In this document: positions 18,798-27,080 of the stretch, one piece after another
How the letters are laid out: the number at the start of each line of letters is the position of its first letter
Numbering within the stretch: the stretch's first letter is position 1
Virus record (IMG/VR): IMGVR_UViG_3300027908_000028
Location: 1-59,940 of that record
Source: a virus
Taxonomy: Duplodnaviria > Caudoviricetes
Direction: 5' to 3' (one strand)
Length of the DNA stretch: 59,940 nucleotides
Notes under the pieces: generated by a model
Seen by the model: only the letters and a program-made list of their open reading frames with translations
The model's database searches: none
Told to the model about the DNA's origin: nothing
Position numbers and translations under genes: made by a program

Positions 18798-19383
18798 TCT
18801 TTCGAAGAAGGTTCGCTCCTCCGACGATGATCCATATTTTGCATGTACAGATGCACATCCATCGGCTCTTGCCGTGGCGATCGTTTTCTACACGCTCCAT
18901 TACGCGCAGACGGTCAAAAATGTCACCCGGGCGGATCTGGGGTCGGTGGTGAGCGAGGAGAGATGGAGTCGACAACGTTCGTTCGACTGACCATCCAAGA
19001 GCAATGCGTCCGTACAAGATGTGACGTTTGATGCCACTGACTTCGGCCCATTCGGCGATCGTTTTGGTCGAACCTTGGTATGTCAGGTGGACGTTGCTTC
19101 TGCGATTACGGGCCTGCTGGCGCCATGTTGCCCATATGCAGTTCGTAGGTTCGTAGTTTCCATTGTTGTCCTTGCGCTCGATGCTGTGCAGACAGCTCGG
19201 GCGGGGACCCATGTCAGAGAAGAATGTATCGAACGCGTGCCACTCTTCGCACACGCGAATGCCGCGCCCGCCATATCGTGGGTAACTCTTGTGATGAGGA
19301 TCCTTGCAACGGGCATGCATGCTCCTCCAGATGCGACGTTCGGCGAGGGCTCTCATCACTTCTGAAGTTATCATAGAGAACAC
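18736..19383 (-). CDS. free-standing HNH-type homing endonuclease
   Basis: IWRSMHARC..P....YPRYGGRGIRVCEEW, SIERKDNNGNYEPTNCIWAT..Q.RN; antisense to the head operon. Confidence 0.85.
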   Translation of the reverse strand: MFSMITSEVMRALAERRIWRSMHARCKDPHHKSYPRYGGRGIRVCEEWHAFDTFFSDMGPRPSCLHSIERKDNNGNYEPTNCIWATWRQQARNRRSNVHLTYQGSTKTIAEWAEVSGIKRHILYGRIALGWSVERTLSTPSLLAHHRPQIRPGDIFDRLRVMERVENDRHGKSRWMCICTCKIWIIVGGANLLRKITRSCGCLRRDSNRMRVRID

Positions 19384-19446
19384 TACTTGCTCACTTTGGT
19401 ACTGCTGTTGCTTGAGACTAAAGTTCCTGTTACCTCTCTAGGAGCG

Positions 19447-19468
19447 GACCGAAAGTCGACTTTCGGTC
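19447..19468. repeat. 22-bp palindrome copy 3 (perfect)
   Basis: GACCGAAAGTCGACTTTCGGTC immediately before the GGAGG SD of the next gene. Confidence 0.97.
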
Positions 19469-19474
19469 GGAGGC

Positions 19475-19702
19475 GTGAAGATGGCCAAGCCCTTCAAGGT
19501 GACCGAGACTTCGAAGACGAACACCAACGAGGTCAAGCCCATCGTTCAGCCGGACATGGGTAAGGCTGTCGTGGAATCCCAGCACACGGGCGAGCCTCTC
19601 CCGGACGGAAGCAAGGACTCGATGCGCGAGCCTCGGATCCCTTGGCCGCAACCCGTTCTAGGCGTAGACCACAAGCCGTTCAAGAACACGAGCAAGAAGT
19701 AG
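19475..19702 (+). CDS. small hypothetical head-region protein
   Basis: 75 aa ORF with GGAGG SD. Confidence 0.6.
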   Translation: MKMAKPFKVTETSKTNTNEVKPIVQPDMGKAVVESQHTGEPLPDGSKDSMREPRIPWPQPVLGVDHKPFKNTSKK

Positions 19703-19712
19703 GAGATCCTCC

Positions 19713-20069
19713 ATGGCCAACGACAAAGCAGCTCCCCCCTTCGCGACCTCGGATGGCAAGCCGAAGATGACGGCAAGCACCGGCGGATCGGGCGGACGCG
19801 ACTTCACCAAGGAGAGTCGCCCGCAGAGCGGCGACGAGACCGGCGGGGCTGCGAAAAACAGCAACAACACCGGCGGACGCGACTTCACCAAGGAGAGTCG
19901 CCCGCAGAGTGAGGCGAAGCCCGAAGTCGTCCCCAATCCCCAGGAGATCCCCGCGGGCGGCAAGGTGCTTCAGGCCGATCCCGGTGCGGTGAGCGCGAAG
20001 GTCTCGGGGACGGCGGAGCACACGACTCCTACGTCCAAGCTCCCGGTCAAGGGTCTGAAGAGCTACTAA
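19713..20069 (+). CDS. disordered head-region protein with duplicated GGRDFTKESRPQS
   Basis: AGGAG SD; exact 38-bp direct repeat 19791-19828 / 19872-19909. Confidence 0.7.
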   Translation: MANDKAAPPFATSDGKPKMTASTGGSGGRDFTKESRPQSGDETGGAAKNSNNTGGRDFTKESRPQSEAKPEVVPNPQEIPAGGKVLQADPGAVSAKVSGTAEHTTPTSKLPVKGLKSY

Positions 20070-20081
20070 GGCGCGATCCAA

Positions 20082-20486
20082 GTGGGTCTCCAAGTCGTTC
20101 TAACCGCGCAGCTCGTCATCGGGCCGGGACAGGTCTCGGATTCGTACTTTCCGAGCGGCTCGACAACGATTCCGATCTTCCTCAACCCGACACCGAAGAC
20201 GTATGCAGTCGACACGGGACCTCAGCGTCCTCAGGTCAACAGTCCATCGGCGTTTGTGGCTCTCTCAGGAATCGGTTCTGGACAGACGGTGACCCAAGCG
20301 TCTTATTTCTACTTTCGGTGTCAAACCCCCGTTCAGCTGAAGATCACCTACCTGGGTGATGCGACGCAGTACATTCGGTACGTGAACGGTGTCGTGATGG
20401 AGGAGTGCGATCCCACTCATCCAATCACCAGCGTGCAGATCCAGGGGTCCGGTCAAGTCGAATACTGGGCCTGCGGTCTCCAGTAG
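20082..20486 (+). CDS. putative virion structural protein
   Basis: beta-rich 134 aa ORF in head cluster. Confidence 0.6.
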   Translation: MGLQVVLTAQLVIGPGQVSDSYFPSGSTTIPIFLNPTPKTYAVDTGPQRPQVNSPSAFVALSGIGSGQTVTQASYFYFRCQTPVQLKITYLGDATQYIRYVNGVVMEECDPTHPITSVQIQGSGQVEYWACGLQ

Positions 20487-20535
20487 CGGGACTTTGCGGA
20501 CAGGTGTAAGGTCGAGCCACTCAGAGGAGACGACG

Positions 20536-21309
20536 ATGACGGTCAATATCAACTCGATTGCACTCGCGGCAGCTCTCAACACGGCACCTGCCGGTCAGAT
20601 CGCAGACATCATGCGAGCGATCGGTTTCGGATCGATCACCCGTCGGCTGAGCGCAACGCTCCGACGCCAGAATCCCAATGCGCAGACGGCGGGCACTGCG
20701 AGTCCGTACGATCTCGGGACTCTTCAGGTCATCTTCCTTCCGGACGATGCGAAGGCGAAGAGCATCTCTCGCGTTTGCGCTCGCGCGAATGCGGGCAGCG
20801 TCGCAAACGGTGAGCTGACCATCGAGCCGGCATACACCACGCCTTCGACCACTCAGGTTGCGGTGACGCCTTCGGGCAACATCGCTTTCCTGGGCTCCGA
20901 CGAATACAGCGACGTGGACATCGACTACACCCCGGCCGATCAGGACGTGATCGAGGTGACGCTTCCCGTCGTGTCGAACGTCATCGTTCTTCCGACGAGC
21001 ATCGCCGGTACCGCGGGTGCGGGTACTCCGGCTACGTCCACCGCAGCCGCCGTCAACAATGTCGGCAACGCAGTGGGCGTCAACATGATCATGGAGGTCA
21101 CGGCGCTCGCCGGGACCACTACGGGCAACTTCATCGTGATCGCGCCGGGCTCCGCGCCTGGCACGACCAAGGAAGCCAACTTGGATCTCACCAAGAGCAA
21201 GGTCCAGTTCAAGTCCAGCGACGCGGTCACGCTCGCGCGCGTCAAACTCGGAGTCTTCCGCGCGATCGACTTGAACGCGCTCCTCGAAGCTCCCTGCAAC
21301 TTCTTCTGA
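20536..21309 (+). CDS. putative capsid decoration/structural protein
   Basis: GAGGAG SD; Ala/Thr/Val-rich; upstream of scaffold. Confidence 0.55.
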   Translation: MTVNINSIALAAALNTAPAGQIADIMRAIGFGSITRRLSATLRRQNPNAQTAGTASPYDLGTLQVIFLPDDAKAKSISRVCARANAGSVANGELTIEPAYTTPSTTQVAVTPSGNIAFLGSDEYSDVDIDYTPADQDVIEVTLPVVSNVIVLPTSIAGTAGAGTPATSTAAAVNNVGNAVGVNMIMEVTALAGTTTGNFIVIAPGSAPGTTKEANLDLTKSKVQFKSSDAVTLARVKLGVFRAIDLNALLEAPCNFF

Positions 21310-21356
21310 TCGAAAACACCGCGTGCGCGTGAAGCGCACGCTTCACGGAGGCGCAC

Positions 21357-22250
21357 ATGCCGGATCCTGTTGCTACGCCGAAGCCTGGAGAGACACCCCC
21401 GATCGTTCGCGACGCGCACGGTCACGAGGTGTCTCTTCAGCAATCCAAGCTCGCGGAGACCGAAACTCCGCCGGCACCCGCTCCCAAGGTCGAGGCGCCG
21501 AAGCCAGCGACGACTACGCAAGCGGCTCCCGCTCCCACGACGCCTACGGAGCCCAAGCGGGCGCGTGTCGGAGTGGACGATGCGATTCCCGAAGACGCCG
21601 ATCTAATCGAGCTTCCTCGGCGAGCGCTCGATTCGCGTCTTGCGCGTCACACGAAGGCGCAGCTCAAGGACCGATTCGGGACGTCCGATCTCGACGAGAT
21701 CAAAACGAAGCTCGACAGACTCGGAGAGCTGGAGAAGGCGGAGGAGGAGCGCAAGCGGGCAGCGATGTCCGAGCAAGAGCGCGTCACCGCTGATCTCGAG
21801 CGAGAGAGACAACTCCGTGTCGATGCAGAGAGACGCGTCCAGCGCATGCAGGAAGAGAAGGTCATCAACAAGACGAACTCTCGTCTAGGCCAACTCGCCG
21901 TCAAGCACGTGCGTTCGAAGTACTCGGACTACGCACTTGGCAAGCTCGCAGCGCACTTGCGAAACGAGTACACGGATGCGGAGCTGATTCGGCTCAAGGA
22001 CTCCACTCTTGACGAGTGGTTCGCGAACTTCGCGAAGGAAAATCCCGAGCTTGCGCGCAAGCCCGCGGAAGCCGCTGCGCCCGTGCCTCCGAAGAAGGTC
22101 CCGCTGACCAACGGTGGCCGGCCGCGGAAGCCGGAGTCCAGTCCATCGAGCGGCACGTCGCAGGCACGGAGCTTCGCTCCGAGCGCTGAGGCTCCCATGT
22201 CCTCGCAAGAGGCGAAGGCGGAAGCGGCCAAACAGGGATACCGCTGGTGA
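21357..22250 (+). CDS. capsid scaffolding protein
   Basis: Pro-rich N-terminus, long charged coiled coil (KRAAMSEQER), immediately before the major capsid gene. Confidence 0.75.
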   Translation: MPDPVATPKPGETPPIVRDAHGHEVSLQQSKLAETETPPAPAPKVEAPKPATTTQAAPAPTTPTEPKRARVGVDDAIPEDADLIELPRRALDSRLARHTKAQLKDRFGTSDLDEIKTKLDRLGELEKAEEERKRAAMSEQERVTADLERERQLRVDAERRVQRMQEEKVINKTNSRLGQLAVKHVRSKYSDYALGKLAAHLRNEYTDAELIRLKDSTLDEWFANFAKENPELARKPAEAAAPVPPKKVPLTNGGRPRKPESSPSSGTSQARSFAPSAEAPMSSQEAKAEAAKQGYRW

Positions 22251-22258
22251 TTGTCCTG

Positions 22259-22280
22259 GACCGAAAGTCGACTTTCGGTC
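22259..22280. repeat. 22-bp palindrome copy 4 (perfect)
   Basis: GACCGAAAGTCGACTTTCGGTC between scaffold and capsid genes. Confidence 0.97.
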
Positions 22281-22449
22281 CTAGACAGCCTTCAGTTCGT
22301 CAGTTAGCTTCAGAGTCGTAGCGGCAGAACCCTCCAAACGCGGCACACCGGCGGTAACAGGTGGAAACGGCGGGAATGGCTGCGAAGTGAATCGGTAGAC
22401 GCCTATTGCGTCCCGAAGGCCTCGCACCCCTCATCCGGAGTTTCCACCC

Positions 22450-23844
22450 ATGCCCGGTATCGTTCTCGGAGTCCCCGCGGCGGTGCTCTCCCTTCAACAG
22501 CAAGGTCTGTTGGAGCGAGCGTTCCACGACGGTTTGTTCCCCAACCTCGCGTTCCGCGCCGAAGCGATGCCCGAGGAGTGGCCCGCCAATACGGGTCAGC
22601 AAGTGTTCATGACGAGGCCGGGACTTCTCCCGACCATCGTGACGCCGATCACCCCTGGCACGGATCCGCTTCCCCAGGCGATTCCGTTCGAGCAGTGGAT
22701 CGCGACCCTGAATCAGTTCGCAGGGACGGTCGATACCCACATGCCGACGTCGACCACGGCGAACGCGAACCTGTTCCTTCGGAACCTGCATCAGCTTGGG
22801 CTCCAGGCGGGACAGTCGATCAATCAGATCGCGCGTAACTCGCTCTTCCAAGCGTACCTCTCGGGACAGACGGTCCTGAGCGTGGCAACCGGATCGAGCG
22901 ATCAGGTGATCCAGGTCGCGAGCTGCAACGGCTTCACGGATGTCGTGATCCCGGGCGGCAACGTCGCTCCTCAGCCGGTCAGCGCGCAGTACCCGCTTCC
23001 GATCACCATCGGTACGGGCGCGAGCGCGGTCAGTGCATCGGTCATCGGGTATACCCTCAACAACCCGGCCGATCCGAACGGTCCAGGCACACTGACTCTC
23101 GCTGCAGCGGTCGGATCCGTCATCGCGATCCGCACCCAGGTGGTCAGCGCCTACGCTCCGACCGTCATCCGCTCCGCCCCAGGCGGTTCGGTCGATGCCA
23201 TCGGCGCGGCGGACACCGTCACGCTTCAGCAGGCGATCAACGCGGTCGCCTTCCTTCGCCGCGCGAACGTGCAGCCGCACGACGACGGGTTCTTCCATGC
23301 TCACGTATCCCCTCTGTCCAACGCGCAGTTCTTCGCGGATCCGGTGTTCCAGCGGATCAATCAGAGCCTTCCGGAGCACGTGATCTACAAGGAAGGATTC
23401 ATCGGGACGATCGCCGGGATCATGTTCTTCATGAACACGGAATCTCCCGAGTCGTTCAATAGCGGCACGCTGACGTCCACCGCGCAGAGTGGCATCTACG
23501 CTTCCGGCATCGGAGCGGAGACGACCAACGGAACCGGCGTGAACATCGGACGCGTTCTCATCACGGGCAAGGGCTCGGTGTACGAGAAGTACATCGACGA
23601 GTCTGCGTACGTGACAGAAGCGGGCATCATCGGGAAGATCGGTGAGTTCGACGTGATCAACAACGGGCTCAACATCTTGACGGAGCGCATCCGTCTCGTG
23701 CTTCGTGCACCGATGGACCGTCTCCAGCAGACGGTGAGCGCGTCGTGGTCGATCTCGACGAGCTTCCCCATCCCGAGCGACATCACGGCTCCGAGCGGCT
23801 CTCAACGGTATAAAAGAGCCATCGTGTTGGAACACAGTATCTAG
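22450..23844 (+). CDS. major capsid protein
   Basis: 464 aa, strong codon bias, follows scaffold; LGLQAGQSINQIARN, GFIGTIAGIMF, P.DRLQQ..S.SW, C-terminal KRAIVLEH. Confidence 0.82.
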   Translation: MPGIVLGVPAAVLSLQQQGLLERAFHDGLFPNLAFRAEAMPEEWPANTGQQVFMTRPGLLPTIVTPITPGTDPLPQAIPFEQWIATLNQFAGTVDTHMPTSTTANANLFLRNLHQLGLQAGQSINQIARNSLFQAYLSGQTVLSVATGSSDQVIQVASCNGFTDVVIPGGNVAPQPVSAQYPLPITIGTGASAVSASVIGYTLNNPADPNGPGTLTLAAAVGSVIAIRTQVVSAYAPTVIRSAPGGSVDAIGAADTVTLQQAINAVAFLRRANVQPHDDGFFHAHVSPLSNAQFFADPVFQRINQSLPEHVIYKEGFIGTIAGIMFFMNTESPESFNSGTLTSTAQSGIYASGIGAETTNGTGVNIGRVLITGKGSVYEKYIDESAYVTEAGIIGKIGEFDVINNGLNILTERIRLVLRAPMDRLQQTVSASWSISTSFPIPSDITAPSGSQRYKRAIVLEHSI

Positions 23845-23856
23845 TTGCGAGTACGG

Positions 23857-23897
23857 TTGGCCGGGGTGAGTAGGCACTATCCTCTCACCCCGGTCGA
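23857..23897 (+). other. strong stem-loop after capsid gene (no U-tract)
   Basis: TTGGCCGGGGTGAG ... CTCACCCCGGTCGA. Confidence 0.6.
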
Positions 23898-23947
23898 CGT
23901 GCGCACGATGCGTAAGGCGTGTTAGCCTTCCTTTCGGAGGTCAGCAC

Positions 23948-24295
23948 ATGCGCACCGTAGTCAAGAGATCAGCTGCAGTCACCGCGTCGCACAACGAATC
24001 CACGGATACGTCTCCCATGGTCGGGGGGACCAGTGGACAGCCCGAGGATCCCAACCCGCGCGCGACGCGCATTCACGGGATCGATGACGTGGCTCCTAGC
24101 GGGACCCGAGATGATCGCCCCGTAGTCGAGCCGAAGCGGTATCGAGTGGTCGGCGGTCCCCCTTCAGTGATGTACGGCGGGGGAAGTGTTCGGATGGTGC
24201 TCGGCAAGATCGTCACGGATGCGAGCACCGATGTCGACTTGCTCCGCCGACAAGGTGTGGTGCTCGAAGAGCTGAAGGAAGAGCAAGCGGCGTAA
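23948..24295 (+). CDS. hypothetical protein
   Basis: GGAGG SD; post-capsid position. Confidence 0.65.
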   Translation: MRTVVKRSAAVTASHNESTDTSPMVGGTSGQPEDPNPRATRIHGIDDVAPSGTRDDRPVVEPKRYRVVGGPPSVMYGGGSVRMVLGKIVTDASTDVDLLRRQGVVLEELKEEQAA

Positions 24296-24301
24296 GACGC
24301 G

Positions 24302-24718
24302 ATGATCTCCGAGAACGACAGAGCGCGCGCCCGTGGGCACATGGGGTATCTCCAAGTGCAACAGTCGGCGACCTTCCAACTCGGGATCCCCGCGGGTACG
24401 CAAACGCAGTTCACGATCGAGCTGGCGTTCACGAAGATCCTTCCGAGCGCGGAGAAGAAGTTCCGCGAACTACTTGATCGTCTCGACATGATCGAGGAAC
24501 AGATCGTCGGCGACACGGAGAACGTTGCTGTAGATAAGGTCGACGAGATTGAGCTTCGGAAGGACGAGTTTCGTCAGCTCATTCTTCGCTACCAACATTG
24601 GCAAGGAGCGTTGGCCAACCTCATGGGCATCGTCCCCAACCCCTTCGATCAGCGCCCCTGGCTTGGATCGGGTTGGAACGGCGGTGGCGGGGGAATCAAC
24701 GTCGGAGTTATTCACTAG
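24302..24718 (+). CDS. putative head-tail adaptor
   Basis: R.RARGHMGY N-terminus, helical, neck position. Confidence 0.55.
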   Translation: MISENDRARARGHMGYLQVQQSATFQLGIPAGTQTQFTIELAFTKILPSAEKKFRELLDRLDMIEEQIVGDTENVAVDKVDEIELRKDEFRQLILRYQHWQGALANLMGIVPNPFDQRPWLGSGWNGGGGGINVGVIH

Positions 24719-24727
24719 GAGGTTCGC

Positions 24728-24991
24728 ATGCTCAGGATTCTCACACTCGTTTCGGTCGTCACCCTCTCGACTTGCAGTCAGCAAGAGGCGAAGTCGATCG
24801 ACAACGCCATCTTCACGGTCGAACAGGGCGCGTGCATCGCGCTCAACGTCGGTGTCTTCGGGGACACCAACGCGGTTCAAGAGCTGGATCAGCTCTGCAA
24901 CATCGCGCCGGCCCTCAACACGCAGGTGCAGAACATGATCAACAGCTTCGGAGCGCAGAAGGCTGCGAAGGAAGCGGCGGCAAAGAAGTAG
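24728..24991 (+). CDS. small lipoprotein-like protein
   Basis: GGAGG SD, hydrophobic N-terminus ending LSTC. Confidence 0.55.
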   Translation: MLRILTLVSVVTLSTCSQQEAKSIDNAIFTVEQGACIALNVGVFGDTNAVQELDQLCNIAPALNTQVQNMINSFGAQKAAKEAAAKK

Positions 24992-25633
24992 ATGGCACGC
25001 ATTCGGGCGCTCTCACCGGAGCAAGCGAAGCGAACGCTTGCGAACAAGCTCGGTGGTCTTACCGATCGAGTTCGTCAGCTCGCTACGAACTTCGGTGTGC
25101 GCCCGTATCGTGTTTTCCTTCGGTGGACGCAGTGGACAGGTACCGAGCGTGGTGAGGGACAGGAAAACGTCATCCTCACCATCGAGATCTTGCCGACACC
25201 GCGACTCACTAATCTCGATTCTCTTTCCTTTTCCTTCTGGCACGCCGGTCAGATCCCCGTCGGCTCCGTGCGACTCGACAGGATCTCGGTTGCGTCGTTC
25301 ACATCGGACATCCTGTTGGGCAAGGCGTTCCCAAACACTGCCATCCTCGAGCGCTACAAGGAATGCGGGATGATTCCACCCGCTCCGCCGCTCGTCGCAC
25401 CACTCCCTGGAATGGATCCGCGTGAGCCACACATCCCCGAGCCCTACGAGTTCTTCTACGAGATCGTCGAAGACGGGCGGGGGGACAATCCCGCCAAGCG
25501 CGCCAAGTTTCGTCCGATGAATCAGCCAATGCGTCGCGCGGGCAAGGTCGACTGGACGATCATGCTCGAACGCGTGAGCCAAGACAGGACGCGAGACGAC
25601 GAGAGTGCCATCGGGACGGGATTGGAAGGTTGA
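24992..25633 (+). CDS. putative head closure/neck protein
   Basis: gene order; beta-rich 213 aa. Confidence 0.5.
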   Translation: MARIRALSPEQAKRTLANKLGGLTDRVRQLATNFGVRPYRVFLRWTQWTGTERGEGQENVILTIEILPTPRLTNLDSLSFSFWHAGQIPVGSVRLDRISVASFTSDILLGKAFPNTAILERYKECGMIPPAPPLVAPLPGMDPREPHIPEPYEFFYEIVEDGRGDNPAKRAKFRPMNQPMRRAGKVDWTIMLERVSQDRTRDDESAIGTGLEG

Positions 25634-25636
25634 CCC

Positions 25637-26194
25637 ATGCCGGTCTCTTTCACCATTCCCGGCGAGATTCCTTCGTTCAATGCGTGGCTCGACAAGGGCA
25701 TCAAGGAAGGCATGCGTAAGGGCGCTCTTTCTGCCGCTCAGCGCATCGTCGAGATCATCACGACGGAGATCATCCCGGATCAGAACCCCCCGCCTGTCTT
25801 CATGCGGGCATACGCGGCAGGTTGGCATGCAGAGCCGACGGCGGAGGGTGCGGACATCGTCAACTCTGTTCCGTACGCCTCGATCATCGAGTACGGCGCG
25901 CGGGGAGAGAACATCAAGATCGGACGCGCGATGATCGACGCGATCGCTCAGTGGGTTCTTCGCAAAGGCCTCGTCGGCAAGCCGGGAAAGTCAGGATCGG
26001 ATGCCCGTCAGCGACAAGACACCCAAGCGCGTGCCATCGCATGGGCCATCGCTGTCCACATGAAGAAGGTCGGTATCTTCAATCGCGACGGCAAGAAGGG
26101 CCTCCGCATTGGAGAGAAGGCGCTCGACAAGGGACGAGCCGTGGTCGGGGAAGAGATCGCACGTGAGCTGATGAACGCACTGGGGTCGCGATGA
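25637..26194 (+). CDS. neck/tail completion protein (HK97 gp10-like)
   Basis: NSVPYASIIEYG motif, AWAIA..M...GI. Confidence 0.65.
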   Translation: MPVSFTIPGEIPSFNAWLDKGIKEGMRKGALSAAQRIVEIITTEIIPDQNPPPVFMRAYAAGWHAEPTAEGADIVNSVPYASIIEYGARGENIKIGRAMIDAIAQWVLRKGLVGKPGKSGSDARQRQDTQARAIAWAIAVHMKKVGIFNRDGKKGLRIGEKALDKGRAVVGEEIARELMNALGSR

Positions 26195-27009
26195 GTAGCG
26201 GCATCATTCCGCAACAGCTCGTGCCCAATCTCCTCGGCACGCCGTGGGGACAAGTCTTTCCACCGAAGTCGGCGGCTCCCTTCCCTGCGCTCGATGGTCG
26301 TACGGCTGCACTCTACGTGCTCCGAGATTACGTCACTGCGTTGACGTTCTGGCGCTATGCGGGCCCGAGCGCTCCGCCGACTGCGTTCCAGATCAAGCCG
26401 GAAAACTTCTACGTCGAGTGGCCCGACTTCACGGCGGACATGGTGACTCCGAGTGTCGCTATCGTGCACTCCCGCGCAGACTACGACGTCATCGGGCTCG
26501 TCTCGTACATCGAGGAAGAGACGCAAGACGTCTACGCACCGAACACCGTTCTCCAGTGGCAAGCGGAGTACGTCGAGACCATCAACCTCGAGATCTGGAC
26601 TTCCAAGAAGTCCGAGCGGCGTGCGCTTCTTGCGGGCCTCGAGACGGCGTTCTCTCCAACAGAGCAAGCGAGCGGTCTTCGCTTCAAGATGCCGCTCTAC
26701 TACAACGAGCTTGTTGTCTTCACGCTGATGCGGCGAGAGATCATGGACGAGCCCGACGCGGCAAGAAACCGGCGACGTGCGCAGCTCGAGATGGAGATGC
26801 GCTTCAACATCGTGGCACTCGTCAACGTGGTCGATGCCAAGCCCGTCATCAAGGTCAACGTGGATGTTGATCTCGACACCAACATCCCAGTCAATCTCGA
26901 TGTACCGGGGGCTCGCTTGGGTCCCGATCTCCAAGGAAAGTACAACTTCGATCGGGCGATGCAGCCTTCCGGCACACGCCCCAATCCCGCCTTCGATCCC
27001 ACTCCCTAG
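26191..27009 (+). CDS. putative tail terminator
   Basis: directly upstream of sheath; INLEIW..K..ERR motif. Confidence 0.55.
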   Translation: MSSGIIPQQLVPNLLGTPWGQVFPPKSAAPFPALDGRTAALYVLRDYVTALTFWRYAGPSAPPTAFQIKPENFYVEWPDFTADMVTPSVAIVHSRADYDVIGLVSYIEEETQDVYAPNTVLQWQAEYVETINLEIWTSKKSERRALLAGLETAFSPTEQASGLRFKMPLYYNELVVFTLMRREIMDEPDAARNRRRAQLEMEMRFNIVALVNVVDAKPVIKVNVDVDLDTNIPVNLDVPGARLGPDLQGKYNFDRAMQPSGTRPNPAFDPTP

Positions 27010-27080
27010 GAAAGGGCTCGTAAAGTCGGGCCCTATCTGACAGAATCTTCGCAGATCCACCCTCCCCGTAGGAGCGACTC

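Noticed and set aside
22300-23877. Long antisense and alternate-frame ORFs (e.g. 22300..23877 -, 38138..39484 -, 12126..13289 -, 44078..45331 +)
   Set aside because: Arg/His-rich shadows of GC3-biased real genes with no motifs, unlike the nested nuclease at 50319
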